Assembly (NCBI GenBank): GCA_013239625.1
Contig: MU053376.1
Location: 768,833 to 832,832 of the forward strand
Origin: Lama guanicoe
Lineage: Eukaryota
Direction of reading: 5' to 3'
Length of the DNA stretch: 64,000 nt
Position 1 is the stretch's first letter, and every line of letters starts with the position of its first letter. The translations under genes and the position numbers were made by a program. The notes below the pieces were generated by a model. It was not told the DNA's origin, made no database searches, and saw only the letters and a program-made list of their open reading frames with translations. Positions 53,201 to 63,444 of the stretch are shown here, piece after piece.

Positions 53201-53772
53201 CTGATCCCACGGGCAGGAGGACATGGCCACTGGAACAGAGCATGCTGGGGAGCGCAGCAGAAATCGCAGCCTCCTTTCTGCGGGGAAGGCAGGGTCAGCA
53301 TCGGGGAGGGGTTGCCACTGAGGGCCTTGGCAAAGAAGGGAATTTGCACGGTAGAGAGATAAGGGGATGGCACTTCCAGCCTATGCAGAGTGGGAGCAAA
53401 GATGACCAGAGGGGCAGAAAGCACCTGCCTTGTTTGGGGAGTAGTCCGAGGCTGGGGCTGGGCTGGAGCCCGTGTGCAGGTGCTGTGGGAGCCAGATCAC
53501 AGGGGCTTTTGGCTCTTAGGCCAGCTCCTTGACTACTTTTTCTGCCAAAATAGACAAGATTGAAGACAGCCACAGGCAGGACACACACTGGCTCTTTCTC
53601 TGATCTTCAAGAAAGAAAACAGAAAATGAGTGAGAATGTGATGATTATAGTGGTAACCTGAGCCACTCTGATGTTATTTATGTATAAATCATTCGCAAGT
53701 GTTCCTGATCTGTCCTGGGAACAAACTGCTTGAGAAATTCTTAAATCTGAGTCCCGAGTTCCAGCTCAGGCG

Positions 53773-54035
53773 CCCCACCCCCACCCCCACCCCACTTTCC
53801 CACCTCACGTGGCCCTTCCTCACTCCTTATGTTCGTGTGCCTCTATCTGCTCTTTTTGTTTCAGCTCCTCTGTCTGATTTCTGAACAGGTTGCTTCCGGG
53901 CAGCTATGGTAACGAACCCTGCTGGCGTGTTTGGTTTTTGTCATCGGATGCTGAATGGCTGAGTGGTGCGCTGGCTCTGTTGGGCTTTTACTATCGCTCT
54001 GTTCCCTCACCATGTCCTCTGGCAGTGATGTAAGT
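53773..54035 (+). promoter_or_regulatory. Candidate alternative promoter / first exon (RFX X-box, ETS, E-box, CACCC boxes; ATG and 5' splice site)
   Basis: CCCCA-type repeat 53773-53793, CACGTG 53806-53811, CTTCCGG 53893-53899, GCAGCTATGGTAAC 53900-53913, CACCATG with ATG at 54012, donor GAT|GTAAGT at 54029/54030. Motif-level evidence only. Confidence 0.4.
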
Positions 54036-54295
54036 GTATCTGAGTGTATTGCTTGGTTGGTTCTTGTAGTCCTGTTCTAGTCATCTCATTAGTTTATTCT
54101 AGGAGCTGACTGCTGGCACGTGGCCCCATAGCACTAACCTGTTGGTGTGCATATCTGTCTCTAGGCGGCAGTTCAGGAGCACAGCCTTGGATACCCACAG
54201 AGCTGTTTTGTTTACAGCTCCGGGCATTTCAGACTACACATTTGGTTCCAAGCTCATGATCGCCTTGAGCCCCAACCCCTTCCAGACTTTTCTCG

Positions 54296-54444
54296 TTTTT
54301 TTTATTCTTTCTTTCTTTCTGTTTTTCCAAAATGGGGATGTAATTCATTTAATTTGTCTATTTATTTCAGTGGAGGTACTGGGGGTTGAACCCAGGACCT
54401 CATGCATGGTAGGCGTGTTCTCTACCACTGAGCTGTACCCTCTC
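54296..54444 (-). mobile_element. tRNA-derived camelid-type SINE
   Basis: TGGAGGTACTGGGGGTTGAACCCAGGACCTCATGCATGGTAGGCGTGTTCTCTACCACTGAGCTGTACCC. Confidence 0.9.
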
Positions 54445-55191
54445 TGTTTCTTTATGCTTGATGCCAGTTATTAGCATCATCCTAATCCAGTTTCCCCACC
54501 TAGAAACCTGATGCCATCCTTCCTCTCGCCATCCACTACCAGTCAGTCATCAGATCCCAACCCTGTTGCTTCTAACCCGGAAACTGTACCCAAATCTTAG
54601 GGAGGCTGTGGAAGCCATCAAGCCATCTGTCACGCGCACACTCTTTCTCACACCTGCCCAGGGGCACCTGTAGAATCCGGACTCTGGGAGAAGGCTAATG
54701 GAGGGACAGGGAGGAGGCAGGGTTGAGAAACCTCACCCCGGGCTCTGCTCCCAGAGCAGGCGGATGCTGTAGGGCAGAGTGTGGCCACATCCCAGGCCAG
54801 CCTGCCCCAGGGCAGCAGGACCAGCAGACCACAGGCCCTCTCTTGGATTTAGGTTTTCCTGATGAAGATCTGTGCACGGTGGAGTCACTTGAATGGTGAA
54901 GTGGCTCACGTTTGTACTATGCTTCTGGTGCCTCTGCATTTTCCGTTGGATCCTCACAGCCATCATCTGTGGCAGGCAGAGCAGGAATATTTATTTCCAT
55001 TTTTGAGACTTTTAAAAAGGCTTGGCAAGCAAGTAATTTACAAAAGGTAAGTGGCAGGACTGAGACCTTTACTTGGATCTTTCTTTCCATAAATATTCTC
55101 TCCCTGGGCCCCTGCCTCGCAGTGAGGACACAAAAATGAGCAGGGTATGGTCTGAGCCTCAGGCATCCACAGAGAGGGGAGAACGCTGCAG

Positions 55192-55412
55192 CCAGTGATG
55201 AGCAACCTACAGCCCTCGGGCCAGTTCCAGCCCACTGCCTGTTTTGTGAATAAAGCTTTATTGGCACATAGCCACGCCCATCCGCTCACTTATTGTCTCC
55301 GGCAGCCCTCGCACTGCGGTGAAGTTCAGCAGTTGTGACAGAGACTGCCTGTCTCACAAAGCCTACGATATTTACTGTCTAGACTGTTACAGGAAAGGCC
55401 TCCAACCCTTGG
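55192..55412. mobile_element. MER58A hAT-Charlie MITE
   Basis: CAGCCCTCGGGCCAGTTCCAGCCCACTGCCTGTTTTGTGAATAAAGCTTTATTGGCACATAGCCACGCCCAT...CACAAAGCCTACGATATTTACTGTCT. Confidence 0.85.
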
Positions 55413-55439
55413 TTTTACCAACCCTTGGTTTAACCACAT

Positions 55440-56120
55440 AGTTTGCCCGTGTGCTCAGTGTCCCAGAGACGCAGGTTTAAGCTACAGGGGAGATGGACTC
55501 AGCTCTGCTGGGGGCTGGGGGGCACAGGGGAAGCACAAGGAATCCTTCCTCAAGCAGAAGATGTCTGAGCAGCGGGATCTTGAAGGCTGAGTAGGAATTA
55601 ATCACTTGGCAAGGAGGGAATGCCTTTTCAGGCACAGGGGATGGCACTTGTACAGTATAGAGGTTGTAAACGGTGTGGCATGCTTAGAAAATGGCACGGC
55701 ATTCGGTTAGGAAGCATTCAGGGTTTGGATGGGGTTGGAAAGGGCTCCAGGATCCTGATCTGCAAGTGTCTTACACAGGAGTTGGATTTGATCTTACACA
55801 TTGATGCGGAGATACGGAAAGGTTTCAGCAGAGCACTGCTATGTTCAGGTGGGGGTTTAGAAATATCACTGTAACGGCAACACAGAGAACGGATTGGAAG
55901 CAGGCCGGTTGGGAGGTTATTGCAAACGTCATGAGACATGATGTGTGTCAGACGTAAGCAGGTGGGAACGTGCAGAAGGGAGGAGAGTGAGAGACACTTG
56001 GAAGGAGACAGTCCAAGGGCTTTGGTGCCTGAGTGTGAGGTGTGAGAAGAGGTGAGATTTAAGGGTGATTCCGGGTGTCTGGCTCTGATGACTTAGCTGG
56101 CTACCACGAACAAAGACAGG
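55440..56120 (-). mobile_element. L2 fragment
   Basis: Purine-rich antisense L2 (GATCTTGAAGGCTGAGTAGGAATT...GGAGGTTATTGCAAACGTC...AAGGGTGATTCCGGGTGTCTGGCT). Confidence 0.6.
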
Positions 56121-56914
56121 GAATAGAAATGGAGGGTCAGGACTCTGATGGAGACACTGAGAACATCACGCAGAAGAAGAGGATCCAGCAGTGTGATTGG
56201 TGTCGCCACAGAGGTTAGTAGGGCCAGAGAGGAAACAAGGCTCCAAACTGGTGTTTCAGAGGCTAAGGAAGAAAGGGTGTTGGGAGGGATGGATGGGGTA
56301 GTTGATGGTTATTAATGCCTCCAGGAGTTCGGGCGAGGTAAAGACTGGGAACACTGGGTGTGGCCGTCAGGAGGCCAGTGGAAGGTCCCGAGAGGAGAGG
56401 AAGAAAGTTCCTTTTTTTTGGCCTGTTTGATGTATGTGTGAAACAATGTTGTCCAGCAATAAACCAAAATTTTATTTTGCCTAACAACAACAAAGATGGA
56501 CATGCAGCACAGTGTGGCCTGAAATATTTGTTGGATGGGAACTAAATAAATAAAGGCAAAAGCCATTGACCATTTATTTAAAAAACAAAACAAAACAAAC
56601 TTCCTTAAGAAGTGAAAGGAAAAAAAATCAGGTAGGTATATACAGGGCGGCTGTGGGATACAGAGAATGATCTTTTGGTTTCATTATGAGAGAAACTTGA
56701 AGCTCTCTCTCTGGGGAGGCAGGGAGCCAGTTGGGAACAGTTTGGGAATGCAGGAGAGAGCAGACAGTTGCTGGTCCGCGTCCCTGCAGGGTCGGGGCTG
56801 GGTCCAGGCAGAGGCAGGCAGACAGGAAGAGGGAGAGATGCTTTTTAATACAGAAAGTGGAGGTAATGGGAAGCGTGTGTGTCCAACCAACGTTCTAGGG
56901 GCAATTCTGATTCT

Positions 56915-57400
56915 GATAGTCCTGTCAGTTGCAAGTGATAGAAAACTCAACTCCAACTGCCTTAAAAACTCGAGGGAATTTTTCATGTAAACATACATGG
57001 AATTTAAAAATCCACAAGTAGGGCTTGCTTCAGGAAGTGTTCGATCAGTGGCTCAAACAGGGACAGGAAGGATCAGGTCTTCCTGTGTCTTCTCTCTGCC
57101 TTTGACAGTACTAGATTGTCCTCATATTACTCTCGGAGGCCCCCCTGCTCCCACTGCCTGAAGCTCCACCCTCTCCCTCCTGGGGGTTTCTCACTGGGTG
57201 TCTTTAGAAGAGAGGGGGAAACTGGTCTTTCCCAGAGCTTTCAGAGACGTCTCCACGAAGCCCACTGCCTCTGGCTGGATGAGTCGTTCCTAAACCAACT
57301 GCAGTGATGAGACGTAGGGAATGCTCACTTTTTAATACTCAGCAGAGCCCAAGCCTGGAACTGGTGTAGGATCACTCTGAGAAAGAGGTAGAGATGAATT
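56915..57400 (-). mobile_element. Old MLT1 (J/K-like) LTR
   Basis: CAGTTGCAAGTGATAGAAAACTCAACTCCAACTGCCTTAAA...GCTTCAGG...GGCTCAAAC. Confidence 0.65.
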
Positions 57401-57408
57401 CGCTGTGG

Positions 57409-57777
57409 ATATTATGGACTGAATTGTGCCCCCCACCCCTAATTCATATGTTGAAGGTCTACCCACAGTGTGACTGCATTTGGACATAAGCCTTTTAAAG
57501 AAGTAATTAATGTTAAGTAATGTCATTAGGGTGGGTCCTAATCCAACAGGCCTGGTGTCCTTATAAGAGGAAGAAACACCAGGGGTGTGTTTGCACAGAG
57601 GAAAGGCCATGTGAGGACACTGTAAGAAGGCAGCCATTTATAAGCCAATGAGAGAGACCTTGGGAGAAACCAGCCCTGCTGACACCTTGATCTCGGACTG
57701 CCAGCTTCCACAACTGTGAGAAGATAAATTTCCAGTCTATGGTACTTTGTAACAGCAGTCCTAGCTGGTGAACACAG
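57409..57777 (+). mobile_element. MLT1 (A/B-like) MaLR solo LTR
   Basis: TATGGACTGAATTGTGCCCCC...AATTCATATGTTGAAG...GGGTGGGTCCTAATCCAA...GTCCTTATAAGAGG...CCTGCTGACACCTTGATCTCGGACT...ACTGTGAGAAGATAAATTTC; near full length. Confidence 0.9.
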
Positions 57778-59309
57778 GTACAGTGGATGGGAGAAGGATA
57801 GCAAGGATGCTGGATGAACATCCAGCAAAGGCCTACTATGTTCTCTGTGTGCTTGAAATTGTGCAAGTTGAATAAGACACTGTCCCCAGCCTCCAGGAAC
57901 CCATTGTGTAGCTGGGGAGAGAGCAGTCTATGCCAGGACCTTGCACTCTTTGCAGTGAGTATGTCCCAGAATTCTCTGAGAGCACAGAGGGTGAAGTCCT
58001 CATGCAGCCTTGGGGAGATAGAGTGTTCCAGGGAAACCAAGGAGGGCTTCCCAGAGGAGGAGTCACCTGCCCTGAAGCTGGAAGATAACAAAAAGCTGAT
58101 GAAAGAGCAGAAAAGTCAGACTAGGGAAAAGAAAGTGATTTAAGTAAAGTTAGTGTGAAAATAAACAAATGGCATCCAAATGAGAACAAGCAGGGGCTAT
58201 TTCTTCAGAGGGAGCTCTAGCAAGGGAGTCAGACACCATCACTTGCTTCAGCAGAGACTCAAAGACAGAGAAAGGAGAGGACAAATTCATAGTGAAGGAA
58301 AGGGAAGGCTCCAGGCATGCTCGGACTGACGTGGGCTCCCGGAGGCGGGCCAAGTGGAAGCACGGCTTCCTGTCTGATGGGTCTGGGAAGGATGTTTGTC
58401 TTTCCCTGGTTGGACTTGGGGAGGCAGTACTGGTAGAAGATCGGGAAGTCCCTGCCCGAGTCCCGGCCATTCTGGGCTGACTCTGCAGCAGCTGTGGGCC
58501 AGGCTTCTGCTGTTACAGAAGGGGTGGCTGTCTTCTGTGGGGTCCTCTCTCAGCGGCGTGGGTGAGCGGGCGAGGACTGCTGGTGGAACTAGAAATGATT
58601 CGGTAGAGCTGGAGGTGAGTGGAAGTGGGGGGCAGTGAGACGGGGCAGGTAGGCAAGGGCCTGACCAGGGAGGGCTTTCGAAGAGACATACAGGACAGAA
58701 GCAGCTCTGGTGGGGATGGGACGGGAGTTGAGCAAGGGGTGTCGAGGACCGCAAAGAGTCCTGAGAAGGCACCCCAGGCCGCAGCGCAGCCATGCTGGCC
58801 CTGGGAAGCCCGGTGGCTTCGAGTCGGCGCCGCACTGCTGCGGCCCAGCCTGGTGTGCTAGGCTTCCCCCCTGCGCCCTGCCGCTGCAGCCACGTGCGCT
58901 GGGCGCAGGGTTTCTGCACTGGGGAGCTCAGGTTGTTGCACAAGGGTTTTCAGTTCTTTGTTTTACCAACAGAATCCTTTCTTCAAAGAAAACCTTTCGC
59001 AAGAGCCCACTGTCAAACAAGGACTGTGAAAGAGCTCACTGCCCCTTCCATCGTCCCCACCCCACCTTGCAGAAGGCCTGAGGCACGTCCAAAGAACCCA
59101 CCCAGCTCCTCTGGACCCAGTGTAAAAACCCAGCTCTCAAAGATTCTTAAGAAATCTTTCAGCTGTACCCTCACCACCTGGAATACTTGCTGTGAAATCC
59201 CAGGATGGCCATGAGGCTGGTAACATTGGGTGATTTCATTGAAATGGTGGGGCAGTTTCTGGGTTTTGGAAGCTGAGGGGCAGCACCTCTGGCAGGGTCT
59301 CCCTGCCTC

Positions 59310-60580
59310 CACTGTTGTCCATCTCCATTCTGCCCTCCACAGAGTAGCCAGAGTGGCCTTTACAAACAGATCTCATCCAGTCAGTCCACCTCTTAGAACC
59401 CTGCAGTAACTACCTGCCATGCTTATGATATAATTTAACTCCTTACTTTGGCCTTCTCAGCACCCCCTGAGTATACCCTTGTCTCCCTCTCCGACCGTGA
59501 CTTGTTCCGTTCTTCCCCATGTGCCCTCCAAGCTCCAGCTACACTGGCCTCTTCCAGTTCCGTGCATGTCCCCATGTGCTTCCTGCCACAGGGCCTTTGC
59601 ACAGGCAGTTGGTTCTCCCTGCCTAGAATGTTTCTCTGACCCATCTTTACAAGGTTAGCTCCTTACCATTTAGATCTTGGTCAGTTGTCACCTTTTCACA
59701 GAGGCCTTCCTTGACCATTCATTTTCCTTTATCTCATCACCCTATTGTGTGGCGGCTTCTTCTTCTTTTTTTTTTTAACAGACTTTGTTTCTAGAGCACT
59801 TTTAGATTCATAGCAAAATTGAGTGCAAGGTACAGAGATTTCCCATATGCCTGCTGCCCCACCAGGCACAGCCACCCCATCATCGTCATTCCCTCCAGAG
59901 TGGCACATTAGTTACAACTGATGAACCTACGTGGACATGTCATTATCCCCCAAAGTCCACAGTCTACAGGAGGTTCCACCCCTGCTATTGTACATTCTGT
60001 GAGTTTTGACAAATTTCAGTGACATGTATCCACCGTCACAGCATCTTACAGAGTAGTTTCACTGCCCTAAAAATCCTCTGTGCTCCACCTGTTTATTGCT
60101 CCCTCCCCTCAAGCCCTCACCTTTTTGCTGTCTCCATAGTTTTGCCTTTTCCAGAATGTTCCATAGTTGGAATCACACCATCCGCAGCATTTTCAGATTG
60201 GCTTCTTTCACTTAGTAATACGCATTTAAGTTCCCTCCGTGTCTTTTCATGGCTTGATAGCCATTTCTTTTTAGTGCTAAATAATATCCCATTGTCTGAA
60301 TGGAGCAGTTTATTTATCTATTCACCTACTGAAGGACAGCTTGGTTGCTTCCAAGTTTTTGCAGTTATGGGTAAAGCTGCTATAAACCTTGCGTGCAGGT
60401 CGGATTGTGTTTTCTCCATTGCACTGACTGCTGCCTGATTTACTGTTGTTGTTGTTCGATGTTTATTTCCTGTCTTGCCTGCGGGAACGTGAGCTCTGTG
60501 AGAGCAGGGAAGCCTCCTGTCTGATCTCTGTATATTCCCTAGACCAGCGCCTGCCCCCAGGCCTGGAAGTGAGTGAATGG
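59310..60580 (+). mobile_element. L2 3' region split by an L1 insertion
   Basis: CCATTCTGCCCTCCACAGAGTAGCCAGAGTG...CAGGGCCTTTGCACAGGCAGTT...CCTAGAATG. Resumes near 60410 to GTGAGCTCTGTGAGAGCAGGGA...GTGAGTGAATG. Confidence 0.7.
59765..60400 (-). mobile_element. Old L1M 3' end
   Basis: TTTAGATTCATAGCAAAATTGAGTGCAAGGTACAGAGATTTCCCATA...TTTCAGATTGGCTTCTTTCACTTAGTAATACGCATTTAAG. Confidence 0.9.
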
Positions 60581-60989
60581 CCAGCTGACTGCTGCCCGGA
60601 GGTCCAGGGCGGGTTCTGTTGCAGGGGCCGAGGCGCTGCCAGCTGAGCCGTGTCTCAGCACCGCCAGTCTTTCCTCCCCGTCACTTCCGATGTGTTGTGA
60701 CCACCGGTGCAGCCTGCCCGGGACGGGGCTGCGAGAGTGCCGGGAGCTCCCGACGGCAACAGCTTGCAGGAGCTGCGGGCCTCTCATCCGTCTGCCAGGG
60801 ACAGCTTGTGGAATCAACACCAGGGGCCCCCCAATCTGGGGAAAGAAAGCCAACCAGGACCCAGATAAAAGGGAAAATAGAAAAGCAGACTGTGACTGTG
60901 GATGGATAATTAGTATTGCTCCTCGGGGCTGTTGCTGGTGGGGTCCTGGAGGTAGCTGAGCGTTCAAAGCCCGCTCAGTGGCAGCAGCT

Positions 60990-61200
60990 GACATCTCTTA
61001 AGCTTGTGCCCTGTGCTTCGCTAAGTGCTCAATACAGGTATTGGGTATTGAGTCGTAACAGCAGCCCTTTGGAATAGGCGCTACTGTTATCTGCATTTTG
61101 CAGACAGAAAATACAAAGCTCCGAAGGTTTAGTACTTGCCCCGATCCCCACCTCGTAAGCGGGGAGCAGCTTCAAATCCAAGGTCTTGCCGCACAGCCAA
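60990..61200 (-). mobile_element. MIR SINE
   Basis: TATCTGCATTTTGCAGACAGAAAATACAAAGCTCCGAAGGTTTAGTACTTGCCC. Confidence 0.65.
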
Positions 61201-61693
61201 TGCTCTCCAACTCGACCAAGCGAGGTCGTCGTGTCCAGCTGTCCCCACCAGTGGCTGATCATCATTCAACTCACATATGCTTTCCTGGGTCCCACCTTAG
61301 GTATTTTGAATTTGAATCTCCCACAAGGCTTGCAAATTTAAAGGTCTTGAGTTCAGGGAGGTTGTCTAAGTGTGTGAAGCATCCCCATGTGAGATAACAG
61401 ATTGTAAGGGCATTTGAATTAAAAAAAAATTTTTTTTAATCTACAGGCCTGGTTTGGCCCCTACCTGGGAGTTTGAGGGTCCGGGGATCTGTGTATTTAC
61501 ATGGTGCCTGTGTGATTCTGATAAGCATCCAGTTTCCTTCCTGCAGGGGCACACTGTGAGCAACACAGCTCAGCAAATGCCATTTGCATTCTTTATGGAA
61601 AACAGTGAGTTCAGTGCTTACATACAGAACACTTCATATTTGGGTGACTCTATTCTCTCTCTTTTGTCTCTTCCTTTCTTTCTTTCTTTCTTT

Positions 61694-61695
<2 letters not shown>

Positions 61696-61726
<31 letters not shown>
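61696..61726. repeat. Poly-T run preceded by a (TTTC)-rich tract
   Basis: About 31 consecutive T. Confidence 0.95.
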
Positions 61727-61730
<4 letters not shown>

Positions 61731-62309
61731 ATTGAATTAAATATATTCCCCGGTTCATAGGACACCATCAGTCCATGCCAGATTTCTCTCCTGGTTTTAT
61801 TTATTTTCGTTCTTTCCTTCAGTCTCTCCCCCTGCAGTAGAGTGGCCCCCCAGTGTATTTTATATCCTTATAGTTCACCTCTTGCACGTTTGATTTGATA
61901 TAAAAGGAACATTCAAACACATCACAGTGGTAGCATGTACGGGTGGTATGCTTCATTTTGATAAACGGTATTATAGAACGGCTGTATTTATTAGATTATT
62001 CTTCCTTGCATCTCAGAGCAGCACCTGCCTTTCCAGCAGGTCCTCCCATTTGATTCTTCTTGTGCCCTGTGGCGCTAAACAGAAAAATTCAACACCCTTT
62101 TCCAACTTTCCAAGATAGTCGTCATCACCCATTCTTCTGCAGCCTTGATCTCCCCTCTCGCAGGATATGATGGTGTCCTTATTCCTCCACGGGATGCTCC
62201 ACAGTTAGGTGACATTCCCCTTGAAGAGCCCTGACCACTCCATCTCCCCTCCCCAGCCCCCGCTGGGTGGTGTACCTCTCCACCCCTAGTGATAACCTGC
62301 ATGCGATTT

Positions 62310-62510
62310 GTTTATTCATTCATCCATTCATGGACGTTTGGGCTGGTGGTGTCATCTCTTGGCTATTGTGAATGATGCTGCTGTGAACATGTGTGTATGT
62401 GTGCTTGTTTGAGTCCCTGTTTTTAATTCTTTGGGGCATATACCTTAGAACAGAAATACGAGGTCATATGGTAATTCTGTGCTTCATTTTTTGAGGTACT
62501 AGCAAACTAT
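62310..62510 (-). mobile_element. Old L1M fragment
   Basis: TTGGCTATTGTGAATGATGCTGCTGTGAACATG...GGTCATATGGTAATTCTGTGCTTCATTTTTTGAGG. Confidence 0.8.
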
Positions 62511-62574
62511 ACATTTCTTTTTGTTAATAGCAATTTTATTTGGGAACTGTCGTACATATTGAAAGACAGGGGAA

Positions 62575-62760
62575 ATGGGTGGAAAAACCCTGGGCTAGGA
62601 GTCAGGAGACCTGGGTTCTGTTCCTAGCTTTGCCACTAACCAGGTCGGTGACTTTGATCATATCACTTCTCTTTTCTGGGCTCTTGTTTCCTCATCGGAG
62701 AAGTAAGGGAATTGCAGGAAGCTAAATAATCTTTGAATTATCCTCCTCTTTTAAGATTTT
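62575..62760 (+). mobile_element. MIR SINE
   Basis: GGAGTCAGGAGACCTGGGTTCTGTTCCTAGCTTTGCCACTAACC...TCTGGGCTCTTGTTTCCTCATC. Confidence 0.8.
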
Positions 62761-62857
62761 ATTGGAAAAATTGGATTCCAGAAGACGGAGAGAGAATTGT
62801 CAAACAGCTAAATGTGATTATTTCTCTGTTCTTTTCCTGCTGTTTTTAAATTTAAAG

Positions 62858-62866
62858 ATACTCCAA
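62858..62866 (+). other. Candidate 9-nt microexon ATACTCCAA
   Basis: 48-nt AG-free pyrimidine-rich tract containing TGC, then AAG|ATACTCCAA|GTAAGT. Confidence 0.4.
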
Positions 62867-63382
62867 GTAAGTAGGCTTTCGTTTTGCCAATGTGTTTCTA
62901 GTTAATGAATAGCTTCTGGCTTCCTGTTTCCATCAAGATTCCCAGAAGAAGATTTCCTCTTTCCCACCCCTTGGCAGCTCCTGAACAAAACATGGCGGCC
63001 ATGGAGCCAAGACTGAAGCCATCCCACTGTCCCCCTGGAAGGATACCGAGCCTCCCCCTGGTGCTGGTTCCCTTGGTGCTAAGGTTTCAGTCGGCTAGCC
63101 TGAGTCTGGTGTTTGGAGATGTAGTAGCCGTGGAGAGGCATTAGCGGACTCTTTTTGAGACAGTGTAAGGATCATCATAGAGTGTTAGGGGGAAGAACCA
63201 AAGACTCCTGTGAAGCCTTCCAGCCAGATGGCTCCCCCTGGAGACATTTTCTCCTTTCTGAGCTCTCTTACAGCTGGATGACCCCCTGGCCAGGGTGCCT
63301 GTATATGGAGGGAAGTTTTTTCTCCCCTGAGTGGGAGCCTTCACGGTATTCTGCTGCCCAGGTCCAAAGCATGTGCTCTCCT

Positions 63383-63396
63383 GCGCCGCCTGGTGG
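63383..63396 (-). promoter_or_regulatory. Candidate CTCF site
   Basis: Minus strand CCACCAGGCGGCGC is 13/14 to the CCACCAGGGGGCGC core, with both CpGs retained. Confidence 0.45.
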
Positions 63397-63444
63397 TTTT
63401 GTGGGGAAACATGAGGCTTAGAGCATGTGATCCAAGTGGTTAAG

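Noticed and set aside
58287..58943. 218-aa minus-strand ORF and overlapping ORFs
   Set aside because: Several frames are open because of high GC; no recognisable protein.
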